Shown here: piece after piece, positions 11,491-24,899 of the stretch
Layout of the letters: each line of letters opens with the position of its first letter
Numbering within the stretch: position 1 is the first letter of the stretch
NCBI RefSeq assembly: GCF_001194135.2
Contig: NC_068984.1
Location: forward strand, 27,580,697-27,644,696
Origin: Octopus bimaculoides
Taxonomy: Eukaryota
Length of the DNA stretch: 64,000 nucleotides
Direction: 5' to 3'
The notes under the pieces: generated by a model
Database searches by the model: none
The model's input: the letters and a program-made list of their open reading frames with translations, nothing else
What the model was told of the DNA's origin: nothing
Program-made: the position numbers and the translations under genes

Positions 11491-13313
11491 CATTGCTATA
11501 CTCCCTGGAGTACAAAAAGATGCAGAAGTTGTATTTGAATGGAATTCTTAAACTGTGAGTAGATGAGGCTGCCTTTTGTGAAGCACATCTTTTTGACAGG
11601 TCTCAGACTAAACAAACGATTGTCTTGCACTGAACAGATTCTACGTTTGGGCATGCATTACCTAGAAAGTAGTCAAGTGTTCATTTCTACCCTGCACTGA
11701 ATGCCTTTCAACAATCAGTTATTGAAGAGTATTTGTAAGGAAGTATATGGCATGAAAGATGTGTATGACATATATTAGGAGTGATGTATTTCACAAATAT
11801 TTTAGGCAAAATATAATAAACAATTTTCTAAATTCTTTGGCTGAGAACATAACATAAGTGGATAATCTGTAGTATTCATCATCTTCTGTTAACTCTCTAC
11901 AAAGCTCGGGTGAGGCTCAGTAAGGTGTTGTTCCCTCATCTGAGACAGTGCTTCTGTTACATACACAGACAGCATAAAACACATCCAGATAAAAGCTACT
12001 TAACTTATTCACATGAAATTACTTTCCATCATGCTCCAGCCTTTGGCATACAGACACCAGTCTTCTCTTTGTCGTTTCTGCCACGGCTGTCCTGGCCAGT
12101 ATTCTTTGAAAGTACTTGTCTCTTTCCTTCAACATTTAAATACTCTCATTTCACTTATCTCTCTTCTTTTCATTACTTGTATTATATCTACTTTCAGACA
12201 TGACACTAACTGTTATCTGGTCCTTCTTTCTCTGATGCTGGTTCCCTGGAATCCCCTTCATACAGATTCTTTTCATATAGCCATTAAGTTGCAGCTCTTC
12301 AAGAGGAACATTAAACATGTCTGTTCCACTGGTCTCAGAATGTTTGCAAAGACCTGCAGCGCAGTCACTTCCTCAAAGCTAAAACAATGACTCATAACAC
12401 AACATAAAGACTAGTTAGCTTAAATAAATAAAAAAATTGCCCTCCTGTTATCTAATAATTTGTGGGTTCATGGGGAATACCTTTTGTTGTGTGTACAACT
12501 TATCTGATTATTTTTTGTTCATATTATTATCAGAAATACCCTACCATATTACCATGGTAAATGTGATTGCTACATCAAACAAGTTTGTAAAGTTTATACA
12601 ATTGCATAAGCTGGGGGATTCTATTTCCACTCAGTAGCTTCTGCATTTGTCATTTGGAGAAATGTATGGCAGTAAAGAATGAAATAACTCACTCAAGTAA
12701 ATTCTATTTAAGATAGGTGAAAGCATCATTTTTTTTTATCACATAAGAGGAAAAGTAACACCCACAACATAACACCCATTTTCCTCACCTCGTTGGCATG
12801 ATTTGCTTCTGTTTCATTGTTCCTTGCGTGTGTGTGCATGTGCATGCACACGTCTGTCTGTATAGAAGTAAATAAAGAAATTATTACTACTGGAATGGCA
12901 ACACATATGAATTCACAGAAATATACTTAATATAAAAGTTTATAGCACATGGTTCACGTGATAAAAGAAAAATAAAGCATAGTTATGTGTTGTTTGTAAC
13001 GTATAGAAAAGTTTGAAAATATAACTTTTCTCTTAAATCATAACCGAGGCAAACTGTTTATAGCTAGTACACTGTTGACAAGATGGCAGTCATCAAAAAC
13101 TAAGAAATTTTAATTGTAATCGAAGTAGAAGACAAAATAGAAAAGACAGCAGGACATAATGTGAAAGCTGCAAGGAAGGGAAAGAATAAAAATGGCTGGT
13201 ATTTATAAAAGAAGTTCACAAAGTAATATTTACCTAGTCAACTATTATTATCTATCCCATTAGTTCAGTGGGAACAAATTGCGATACACAGTTGAATTAA
13301 CAAGCTTACTCAC

Positions 13314-13365
13314 CAAGTTGTAGATATGCCAGACAATAAAGTAAAAGTAGATATTTTGCTGGCTT
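13314..13365 (-). other. candidate 52-nt exon
   Basis: ctaattcctag| acceptor and TTG|gtgagt donor; all three frames open; no homology recognised. Confidence 0.25.
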
Positions 13366-14015
13366 CTAGGAATTAGTTATGAATTTCAAAACAATGGATG
13401 ATGCAACAGAGCAGTGAAGAGAAATGGTAGAGAAGGAACAAACTGTGTCCAAGCTCTTGGATATGGTTGAGTTGTAAATGTGTTACCATTTATGAGCTCA
13501 CTGATACTTATGTTCATAACTTTGGATATGCTTAAAATATTTTTTATAATTTTAACTATAAGAATAAATGGAAAGAAGTGATATATATATATATATATAT
13601 ACTATATGGATCTCTCTTAGAATTGGAAGACACTTCTAATAATTTCAGTAAGTTTTATTAGCAAATACAAAAACATGAAACTTACTCAACTAATATCAGA
13701 TGTATAAATGTCAACAAAGGTATATCAAATGTTTCTATGAATATTATCCAATATAAATTATCAGAATATTCTTTCTGTAATACTTCTTAGAGAAAATATA
13801 ATTTTAAATCCATTGTCATCATGTGTAAGCATTTGGTGGATTTAGTAAAGTGAAGCTATATAAGTGATTCAAAATAAGTGATTATAGGGATTTCACAGGG
13901 AAATTTCATGAAAGTAAAACATTTGATGTGCTAATTTTCGAGAACTATTCTCAAAAACTATCAGATCTCTTATTATTATACGCACATATTACTGCAGCCA
14001 TTATTATATGTTAAG

Positions 14016-14047
<32 letters not shown>

Positions 14048-14084
14048 TACAGACATTACTATAAAGTGTAATGTCCACACTGTA

Positions 14085-14245
14085 AAGAGATATGGCATTA
14101 GGAAGAGCATCCAGCTGTAAAAACCATGCTAAAGTAGACATTGCAGCTCGATGCAGTCCTTGGACACATTGAATTGTCAAACTGTTGAACCCTTACTAGC
14201 ATGGAACATGGACGTTAAATGATGTTGATGATGATGATGATGTGA
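14085..14245 (+). mobile_element. RTE 3'-end fragment
   Basis: ggcattaggaagagcatccagctgt...agcatggaacatggacgttaaatgatg(atg)n. Confidence 0.8.
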
Positions 14246-14519
14246 CAGTAACTGTGACCTTTTCAGAAGTAAAGTTTCAACTCTGTATTCTAACATTTAA
14301 AATAATTTGATAAAGAAGCAATTCCACAGAAATAAACACAATGAGCAGTGTTTCATTACTTCTCAACTCATGAGAAGGCTTATAGTATCTAAAGCCATTC
14401 CACTTCTTCCCAACTTCAGCTACATAAATTTTAGAATACCCCTAGTTCCTAAAACTCATTTTTTTTCACTGCTATCTCTAGAAAAAAAATCCACATATAG
14501 TATAACATACTTTTTTACC

Positions 14520-14960
14520 TGACTGGGTGTAGAAAAAGACAGAGAGAGCTAACGGTCTTTGCAGGTCATCTGAGACCAGTGAGACTAATACCATTAACAT
14601 TCAGCTTAAATTGTTTCAAGTTGAGACCTCCAGGAAAGACACTAACATCCCAGGGATAGAAGAACTGAGTTTAGTAGTTAGTACAAAGCCTGTGAGATTG
14701 GACATAACATGGGTGATGAGAATTGGAGAGATGAGTGAATTAGGAGTACTTGACTGGAGTAAGCTATTATGGTAGCAGCAGAGAAAGAAGAGAGAAGAGA
14801 CACCTTGTCTGTGGGCCAGTGACTGGAGCATGTTTGCGAGTCACTTCTTGTTAATAAGTTGAGTGGCTCTCTCTGGATGTGGCTTAAGATATCACTGTGT
14901 GCAGGAGTAGCATTGTCCCAGCTGTAGGAGCAAAATACTGCATTGTGCACCTCACTTGAG
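14520..14960 (-). mobile_element. possible decayed L2/CR1-type LINE fragment
   Basis: Non-microsatellite, higher-GC tract with broken minus-strand frames; clade assignment by overall resemblance only. Confidence 0.3.
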
Positions 14961-15404
14961 CTGCATTTTAATAAAAGATTGGATGGCCATGGCTGGAATA
15001 TCTTTGATCATAGACCTTTTGGATCAAGTATGTCTTGGGGTACATCAAACTCTTTGCCCTTAGTGAAAATCTTATTACATCACTTGTATCAGTTTAGAGG
15101 TCTGCAAATAAGCACTCCTCTATCAATTCATTACCAAATAGATCTACAGAGTTATAAAATATTGACTTCAAGAAAATATTTCAATACGAGAAACACCTGT
15201 AATCTCTTTATTACAAATACAGGTTATGAGTTATTAAACATAATTTCCAACAGAATGTTTGAATTTATAGAATGATTCAAGGGGGGGAAAAAATGGAAAC
15301 TAAGCATGAAGTTCTTTGAAAGAATAACAAAGACCTTACCCATTTAAGTGGATTGTTTTGTCACCTGAATAACAAAAGCATTTTTTATTATCAATTATGT
15401 CATA

Positions 15405-15905
15405 CGTATTATCATCATCATCATCATCATCATCAACATTTAATATCTGTTTGCCATGCTGGCATGGGTCGAATGGCTTGACAGGAACTGATGAGGCCAG
15501 GGGCTGCACCAGGTTCCATAGTCCAATTTGACTTAGTTTGTATCGCTGATACCCTTCCTAATGCCAACCACTCCACAAAGTGTCCTGGGTACTTTTTATG
15601 TGGTACCATCACCAGTGCTTTTTATCTGACACCAACACCAGTACCTTTTACATGGTGCCAAGCATCCACACCTATGCTTTTCATGTGTCACTTTGGTTTT
15701 AGGATCTCAATTCTGTTGTGATGGCCAGATCTTCTTGAGTACAGCAATACACCACATATTTTGCTCCTCTGTCATCTCCTTTGTAAGGTTCAGCATTTTG
15801 AGATCAACCTTCAGTACTACATCCCATGTCTTTTGGGGTCTCCCTCTTCCAAAACTTTCCTCCACTTTAAGTGATTGGCACTTCTTTATACAGCTGTCCT
15901 CATCC
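15405..15905 (-). mobile_element. RTE LINE 3' end (ORF C-terminus, 3' UTR, tail)
   Basis: MDEDSCIKKCQSLKVEESFGRGRPQKTWDVVLKVDLKMLNLTKEM is a typical RTE terminus; contiguous with the 3' UTR and (CAT)n at 15410-15435. Confidence 0.9.
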
Positions 15906-16159
15906 ATAGAGGAAAGGAAGCTGGCAGAATAATTACAGCATTGGAAAATTCTGTTGAAGTCAGTTTTACCTTTCATTCCTCTGGGATTGCTAAAATAAAG
16001 TACAGGGGTCAATAGTATCAATTAAACCTACTTCTCATTAAGTGCAGCTAATTGATACAAGTAGAAACCATTAAGTTATAAATATGGATATGTTTATGTG
16101 AATATTAGTTTGAGTGTCTGAGTCCCAGCTCATGTTGAGTATCTTGTCTTGAATAAAAT

Positions 16160-16445
16160 TATCTTTTCGAGAACGTTGCCAGTGCCGCTGGACTGGCTCC
16201 TGTGCAGGTGGCATGTAAAATACACCATTTTGAGTGTGGCCGTTGCCAGTACTGCCTGACTGGCCTTCGTGCCGGTAGCACATAAAAGTACCCACTGCAC
16301 CCTTGGAGTGGTTGGCGTTAAGAAGGGCATCCAGGTGTAGAAATTCTGCCACATCAGACTGGAGCTTGGTGTAGCCATCTGGTTTACCAGTCCTCAGTCA
16401 AATCGTCCAACCCATGCTAGAATGGAAAGCAGACATTAAACGATG
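16160..16445 (+). mobile_element. RTE 3' UTR fragment
   Basis: gttggcgttaagaagggcatccagg...ccaacccatgctagaatggaaagcagacattaaacgatg. Confidence 0.85.
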
Positions 16446-16654
16446 GTGTATAGATTTTGTGAGTTGCATTTCAGCTGAGAAACAACAAGGTTTATTTGTA
16501 GTTTACTGATATTTGCATTGTTTGCGAATGACAATATAATTAATAGCTTAAAGCATATTTACTGACTTACATATCATAAGCACTGATATCAGTACACACA
16601 CATACATATAAGCACATTTATAGGTCTACACATACACACATACACATATACATT

Positions 16655-18240
16655 CATACTGACAGACAGTCAATCAGCTGCTCTGCAAATATAAACAGCT
16701 CTTCAAAAGTCAACAAGAAGGAGGTCAAAATATGCAGCTCATTTATCCTGATTATAAATTCACATTTATGCCAATAATTGTTGGTGCATTTGGTTGTGTC
16801 AGTAAATATCTGTGACAATCTAGAAAAGCTAAGATTTTCAGATAAAGAAAAAGACTGACTAATGTACATTTTACAGATACAGTCTGTAAGTGGAACAGTA
16901 AAAGTATGCAAGACTTTCTAAAGTTCAATATAAAATATGTATTGTTGTTATCCAAATTTGCGCAATGGGTCCTTGTTTCTTTGTTAGGAGCCAACTTCAT
17001 TCTTGCAAGAAGAATTCTATGGATTAGAAAAGGAGAGAAAAGGGACACACAGTCTTGCAGACATAGATGAAACAAAGTATTGTTTAGGAGAACAAAATAA
17101 AACGTGCTCTTTTGTGGGAGTCATGTGCCCACTTATTTTGAGAGAAAAATACAAGCAGAAGAGAATATCTGTGGACCAATTAGGTTCGCAACCTAAAATA
17201 TACTTGCAAATTTCATGCCAGTTATTGGAATGAAAGGACAAGTACTAACTAGCCTTGATTAGAACATGGCAGATTCTTTAGAAAAGAATGTAAACCTACA
17301 ATTCATACAATATAGATAATAATGATTGCTAGGACAACAAATATTTGTGAATTATTCTTAACGTTTAAAGGTATATGGTTGTAAAAGAGAAGACCAAAAT
17401 ATGAAGAACTCTTTTTAAAAGTCTTTTATATTTAAACTTACTACCGAACCACTGAACAACAGAATAAACTCTATAACTGCTAATTGAGAAGAGAAAGCAA
17501 GAACACAGATATATAAATACATACACACACAGATGTCGGTGAATACATTAAAATATATTAACATTGGAACATGAATGTTTTTTTCTTTTCTCAATTTTTG
17601 TTAGTTTCTAGCTTTAAATTGCAATTTACCAAACAGGTTATTAGCAAGGGCTTGTAGTAAATCAATTGATATAGATCTTTAAAAAAGTATCTTTAGACAA
17701 CTGTACTTGATTAAAATTTATTAAAATTATTTTACAGATGAGAATCAAAAAGCTTATTTGAGCTGGTCTTCAGATACCAAGATAGATTGTTACATTGACA
17801 GATATAGTAAACGATTTAGTTTGATTAGTAAGCAAGTACACAATAATAGATATGTATAGAAATGTAGGTAGACATTCAGATAGAGAGAAATACAAAGCTG
17901 CAATTTTGCCCATTACAATTAAGTGGTAGCCTGAAACCAGAAATAAGTGACAGACATTTCTCAAGAAAGCTTACATTCAGCCTATTATTATATCTACTTG
18001 ACTTGGTTCAATTCTCAGTTAATCAGCCTCTACACCATGTCATTAATATGACACAACTCAGATACTAAGGAGTGAGCAAATATCAGTTGGGAATCCACTG
18101 AAGAATCTCTTCTCTACTTGGAGAAAAGATAATTAGAAAGTTCAGCAGCAGCAAGTAATTGACGTATTAGCAAGCTAATTAAGGTTCCAGCCAAGACAGA
18201 CATTTTGAAACTTATGAGCAATGTGTTATGTGATTGGGTA
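16655..18240 (+). pseudogene. possible decayed coding tract or candidate exons (16988-, 17738-17827)
   Basis: One frame 16655-17233 has 5 internal stops in 193 codons (hand count); good acceptors at 16987 and 17737, donor gtaagc at 17828; no family recognised. Confidence 0.25.
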
Positions 18241-18274
18241 TTTTAAAATATGATGATGGACAGAACATATCAAC

Positions 18275-18575
<301 letters not shown>

Positions 18576-18610
18576 TTAGTATGTATGGTGTAGAGATTGA
18601 AGAAATAATC

Positions 18611-18825
18611 TTTTCTACTCTCAGCACAAGGACTGAAATTTTGGGAGAGACAGGAGCCAGTCGATTAGATCAATCCCAGTGTGCAACTGGTACTTAATTT
18701 ATCGAACCCGAAAGGATGAAAGGCAAAGTCAATCCAGGCGGAATTTGAACTCAGAACATAAAGACTGATGACATGCCACTAAGCATTTTGCCCGGCATGC
18801 TAACATTTCTGCCAGCTCACCGCCT
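18611..18825 (-). mobile_element. full-length tRNA-headed SINE, family A
   Basis: Minus head aggcggtgagctggcagaa...gagttcaaattcc; tail ...gagagtagaaaag; imperfect TSD ttg(a/g)agaaata. Confidence 0.9.
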
Positions 18826-18994
18826 TAGGTTGGAGAAATATTGCATCATTAATGTACCATTTTGTTGGAAGTGTTGGATAAATCAAGTTAACACAGCTGA
18901 CTTACTGAAAACATTCATAAAGTCACTGTTACATAATTATTAAACTTCTGATTGTAACCTATTTTATCAAATTTTATGAATATATATTCTTTCA

Positions 18995-19415
18995 TATATT
19001 CTGGATACCTTTCCTGACGCCAACCACTCCAAGGGTGTAGTGGGTTCTTTTACATGCCACCGACACGAGGGCCAATCAGGCGGTACTGGTAAGGGCCACG
19101 CTCACAATGGTGTTTTTTACATGCCACCTGCACAGGAGCCAGTCCAGCGGCACTGGCAAGAACCTCGTTCGAATGTTTTTTCATGTGCCACTGGTACAAG
19201 TGCCAGTAAGGCAACGCTGGTAACGATCACACTCAAATGGTGCTATATACGTGCCACTGGCACAGAAGTCAGACAGCTGCTCTGGCAATGATCACGCTTG
19301 GACGGTGCTCTTAGCGCTCCACTGGCACAAGTGCCAGTCATTGAATTTGGTTCAATCACGATTTCGATTTCACTTGCCCCAACAGGTCTTCGCAAGCTGA
19401 GTTTAGTGTCCAATG
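18995..19415 (-). mobile_element. RTE 3' UTR with internal tandem palindromic units
   Basis: ctggatacctttcctgacgccaaccactcc followed by about five 55-60-nt units built on gtgccactggcac-like cores. Confidence 0.8.
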
Positions 19416-19781
19416 AAGAATGTAAAAGGAAATAACTAAGTACAAAACACTCTGCCTTTCATTGGCCTTAAAACATATCCATATGTATATTAACACTTGT
19501 CATATATGCAATAGAACTAAGTAAATGAGTAAGCTTTTACAAAATCGTTTGACCTGCTAGATATATCAGCCAGCACTCTCTCAAGTTACCTAAAAGAACA
19601 AGTGATACTTTAGGTAGTGTAGATATGCAATGTCTTAGAGAAGTATCATATGGTTGTGTCTGTCATACCTTTGACCATAAGGGTTTAATAAAAACAAATT
19701 TGAGCACAAAAGAAAGAAATAGCAAGAATAGAGTTATGTAAAAATTACAAAATACAGAAAATAAATGAAATGAAAATGTTT

Positions 19782-20322
19782 TTTTTTCTACTCTAGGCAC
19801 AAGGCCCGAAATTTTGAGGGAGAGGTCAGTCAATTAGATTGACTCCAGTATGCAGCTGGTACTTAAATTTATTGACCCCAAAATTACAAAATACAGAAAA
19901 TAAATGAAATGAAATCTTTCTTTTCTACTCTAGGCACAAGGCCCGAAAGTTTAGATCGACCCCAGTATGTAACTCTTGCTTAATTTATCGACCCTGAAAG
20001 GATGAAAGGCAAAGTCGACATTGGTGGAATTTGATCTAAGAACGTAAAGACAGATGAAATACCACTAAGCATTTTGCCTGGCATGCTAACGTTTCTTATT
20101 TCTTTATTGCCCACAAGGGGCTACACACAGAGGAGATAAAGAAGGACAGACAAAGGGATTAAGTTGATAATATCGACCCCAGTGTGTAACTAGTACTTAT
20201 TTAATCGACCCCGAAAGGATGAAAGGCAAAGTCGACCTCGGCGGAATTTGAACTCAGAACATAGCAGCAGACTGCTAAGCATTTCGCCTGGCGTGCTAAC
20301 GTTTCTGCCAGGTCACTGCCTT
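19782..20322 (-). mobile_element. stack of three SINE family A copies or partial copies
   Basis: Three successive atcgacccc..gaaaggatgaaaggcaaagtcgac cores or parts; atgaaatgaaaatgtt at both flanks (19765-19780, 20324-20339). Confidence 0.85.
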
Positions 20323-21329
20323 TATGAAATGAAAATGTTGATAAATGAATGACTCAATGAAAATAATATGAGCTACTGCATAATAATTAATATAATTTTG
20401 ATTTCAAACAGAGACTCATGAACTTTATTCATATCTTATTTTATGGAACACTAAATGATAAAACACAGAATTGATGTCAGTGGGATTTGAACCTTGAACA
20501 TAAAGGTACACATTTATTAAATATCACAAAGGCATTTTGTTGGTTACAGCACTGGTTCTGCTCTAATAAACAAAATATTTATTTCTAAAATAGCTGCAAG
20601 ACCTTAAATCTTCAAATATAACAGGGATATGTATAGATAACTGGCACTTTATTTTATCAACCATGGAAGGATTACAGACAAAGGTAACCCTGGCCAAATT
20701 TGAACTCCGAGCATTGGTAATAATAATATGTAATGCATACAACAACACTATTTTCTTCTCATTAAAAAAGTGAATCAGCCTTTCTTGCTGTAAAATAACG
20801 CAAATTTCATTTTTTAAATTTTTTCCTATTTTTATTATATATATATTTTAGATATTTATTTCAGTTGTTTTTAACTTTTCTTTTTACTTTTCATTTTTTT
20901 AATTTCAATTTTAGTGTTAATATTGAGAAGTGCACATGTATACAGACATATGGTTTTGGAATTCGTGTGATTCAAATGAATTGTAAGAAATGTATTTTAC
21001 ATAAAAAGAAAGGTAAAGAAACAGTGACTGATAGCTAAATCAATAAGCTATACAACAAATAAAATAAGTAATGGTTTTTATCATGATCTAAAAGCATTAA
21101 CTCTCAGTAGCCCAGTTCCTCTAGCTGAAAATTTGCTCCACAAAGAAACTTATGTGTGATGTTATGACTTGTTTTAACTATTCTCATAGGATAGTACTTT
21201 TCCTATGACAATGGACATGTAACTTAAGATGATGAGTATGATTTGAGGAAAATTTGACTGCTACTTTTAGCAGGTTGAGTAACTGCAAAAGGGCTCTGTC
21301 ATTGGCTCGTATCACAGCAATTGATTTAG

Positions 21330-21735
21330 CTGGAGTGAAGGGAATTATAACTAGCAGCAACAGTAGGATTATAGTAAGTCTGATGATGAATATGATTAGG
21401 ATAATTATAATGAGAGTTGGGTAATTATTAAAAGAAAGATTATGGTGATGAAGATAATGGCTGTAGTTATCTGTTGATAGTGTTCATGATAATAAGAATG
21501 ATGGGGATGGTGATATATTCCAGATGATGGTGATAAGGAGGGGAATTAGGAAGAGGAAGTGGTTTATGACTGAAGTATAATGATGAATACTGAGATTGAA
21601 GTAATGATGACGATGTGACAGGGGGTATGTTGGTGCTAATGATTCTTGTGTTGATGGAACTAATGATGGTGATTGGCTTAATTGTAGTAGTATTAGTAGT
21701 AATGGTCAGGTTTGCAGTGATAATGATTGTGAAAT
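21330..21735. repeat. degenerate (GAT/AAT/GGT)n low-complexity tract
   Basis: Directly visible 3-nt periodicity with many TGA/TAA. Confidence 0.8.
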
Positions 21736-21813
21736 AAAATCTCTGAAGTAGAACTAGAGTGTTCTACATACCATCACTAATGAGACATGCTGATACAATG
21801 CTAAATATATACT

Positions 21814-21853
<40 letters not shown>

Positions 21854-22116
21854 TGTGTGTGTATATATACATAATTATATATATATATATATACATATAT
21901 ATANNNNNNNNNNNNNNNNNNNNNNNNNNNNNNNNNNNNNNNNNNNNNNNNNNNNNNNNNNNNNNNNNNNNNNNNNNNNNNNNNNNNNNNNNNNNNNNNN
22001 NNNNNNNNNNNNNNNNNNTATATATATGTATGCACACACAATATTCATATATGTATATATATATTTGTTTGTATATGTATTTATATATATATACAAACAC
22101 GTACATACATATATAC

Positions 22117-22147
<31 letters not shown>

Positions 22148-22354
22148 GACACCACAAAGTTAGGCAACAGGCTAAATTAAAATAAATGAACCATTGAAAT
22201 ACAATGACAGAAATCTAAAATATGGGGCTTGTTGTGGAATATAAAAACAAACAAATAAAAAGAGACAATTGAAAGTTATTGGAATAAGTCACCAGAAAAT
22301 TAGAAAACTTTTATCTGAGACTTGATACCAATTAATGCAGGAAATTATAATTGC

Positions 22355-22396
<42 letters not shown>

Positions 22397-24899
22397 TATT
22401 ATGATTATTATTATTATCATTATTATTATCTGTATACACAGAATGAGTGTTGATTACTAGAAAATGAAAATTTTATATATTTCCATCATGTTTGAAGGCT
22501 TTGGATAGACGAGACGGTGAGTGAGGATTTTGTGGTTGGCCAGCTTGTTAAGAAGAGCAACTAAATACTTTATCTTGAAAAGGCATCTGCAGGACACATT
22601 AAAAAAGAGGACTAAGATATGGCTAGAACTCTTTGATTTATTATTATTATTATCATTATAGAGAGCAGTACATACTATTAAAGTGACACTGGGTATTATT
22701 TTTATTATAATTATTGTTATTATTATCATTGCATTTTTCTTTTTTCATTTCTATTACTATTTCTTGCTGAGTGTTTTCCCCAAATTATCATATTATTATG
22801 CATTATTATCATTATTATAAGTTACTGTGATAAAACATGCTTTTGCTTCAGAATTGTTATCATTTTAGCATTTTGTCAGGTGATACTACATTTAAGATTA
22901 ATTTTATCTGAGCCTTTTGCATAAAGACATAGTAATCCATTGTTTGTGTTTTCCTACATTTAGCAGAAGATATTAATTTATGAAAAAGTTCTTCCACTCA
23001 TATATTAGCATCATGACTACTCAATGCATAAAATCCCAGCAAAATGTGAACATAAGCAAACACTTTAATAGACAGTAAGCACCAGAAAAAAAAAAAAAAG
23101 ATAATTTTAATTTCTCAGCAAAATGCACTTCTGTCACAAGTAAAAAAATAATAATCTGATAGAAAATAACATCATTTTTAATAATTTCAATGAATAATGA
23201 CAACAACAACAACAACAATACACACATTTTGTCAAACTAGAAAAATGAATGGAAAAATTGAATTTAGTGACAAAGAAGACAATTTGAATGCTACCTCTAA
23301 TAGACATGATCTAAATACAGATTATCTGTCAGAAAAAGAAGTTTGCTTTACAGAGGTATGTGACAAAATAAGGTGTATCCATACTTCAGTCCTTTAATTA
23401 ACAGTGACAAGAAATATAAATCTGTAACTCTCTATCTCATAAAACACAAGACTCTTTCTTATGCCCATTACAGATAAACTAATTGATCTTCAGAATAATA
23501 TTTCCTTCATCAGATGAGGCAAAGCATATAGAACTCTGAATAGAATTCAAAACTGAAAATGAAGTAAAAATATCTAGTTGAATTTGTACATCACATATCT
23601 GTCGGGAGGTTCATGTTTTAGTACTTGGAGTGGCATAGTGCAATGGGCAATGTAAAGAATATTGGTAATGACAATGATCTTTGGTTTGTTGTTCTTTTTG
23701 TAGCACAGTACAGAAATGGGATAAGTAGTGAGGTAACCAGGGATCATAAGTAATTATATAGGGTCTGCATTGACATACAAATCCCACTTATCCACCACCA
23801 CCCATTGCCAAACAAAAGGTCTCTCTGGAGCTGCATTCTGCCATGAATGCAGAAAAAGCAATGTGACTGGGTGTTTAAGGAATGACTGGTTGCTACTAGT
23901 CAGTAATATAAAGCAGTAAGAGTCACTTGAAGGATCTACAGCCACTGAAAGAGATTGTCTACAAGCAAGGAAGCTAATAACCAGAAAATTGAGCACCAAG
24001 AAAACAAGATCCCTTCCATTATTACAAACTCATTGTCACAAGATGATGGGGACGAAAGTGAATGTTGAATTTTTCTCTCACCTTGTCTTCAGGGTGGAGC
24101 TATCTATTATTTATTTGATTCTATTACTAGCTGCATACTTTTGTGAACTACATCTACCAACATCATGAAATACCTTTGAGCCCCCAGAAACAGCTGCCAG
24201 ATTTGTAACACCATACCTTCTCCCCTTTAATTTTCTGTCTCCTTGTATTCTGTGTAAGTTTGCTCTGTTAATATATAAATATCTAAATATAAGTAAAAAA
24301 TTATTATTAAAAAAAATAACAGTTTATACCAGTGGCCAGCATGCGTGAAAAACGTCTAAGGACTGCAAATTATATCCAAATATATAATATAAGAGGGCAG
24401 CCACTAAGTGGTTCCCTTACATGCTGAAAGTAGACACCACACAGCCACTCCTACGCCTATATATTTGGAATTTACAAAAAAAAAAAAACAAGCAAAAGAT
24501 GAAGATGTGTGTAAACAACAAACAGGTGTATTAGTTTAACGCTCAGGAAGGTGAGAAAGTCTTTTACATTTCGAGCCTACGTTCTTCAATATATATATAT
24601 TACATACAGTGACTTATTCTTAACAAAATGAAGTTTCATTTCATGAGAAAGATTATTCTCAACTACTCTCATGTATTTTATAGCATAAAACTTTAAATGT
24701 TTTAAAGCAGTGTGCTTTTATATTTACCATGATTATGTACATTCAAAAGTGGAGAGAACTCTCTTGTCAGAAATATTATCCCTATAGATAAGGATAACAC
24801 ACTAACCTTTGTTCCATAAGGGTCTAAACTGACTTGTTTCATCAGCCACAAACACTGAAACTATCATTCATAGTCTATTAAGAACTACTGTTCTTATAT

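Noticed and set aside
19040-19340. Repeat/spacer-like periodicity resembling CRISPR
   Set aside because: Eukaryotic RTE 3' UTR; units are mutually similar along their whole length and no cas genes are present.
23500-23545. CTGATGA on the minus strand followed by GAAG
   Set aside because: No GAAA, weak stem II and no stem I/III; not a hammerhead.
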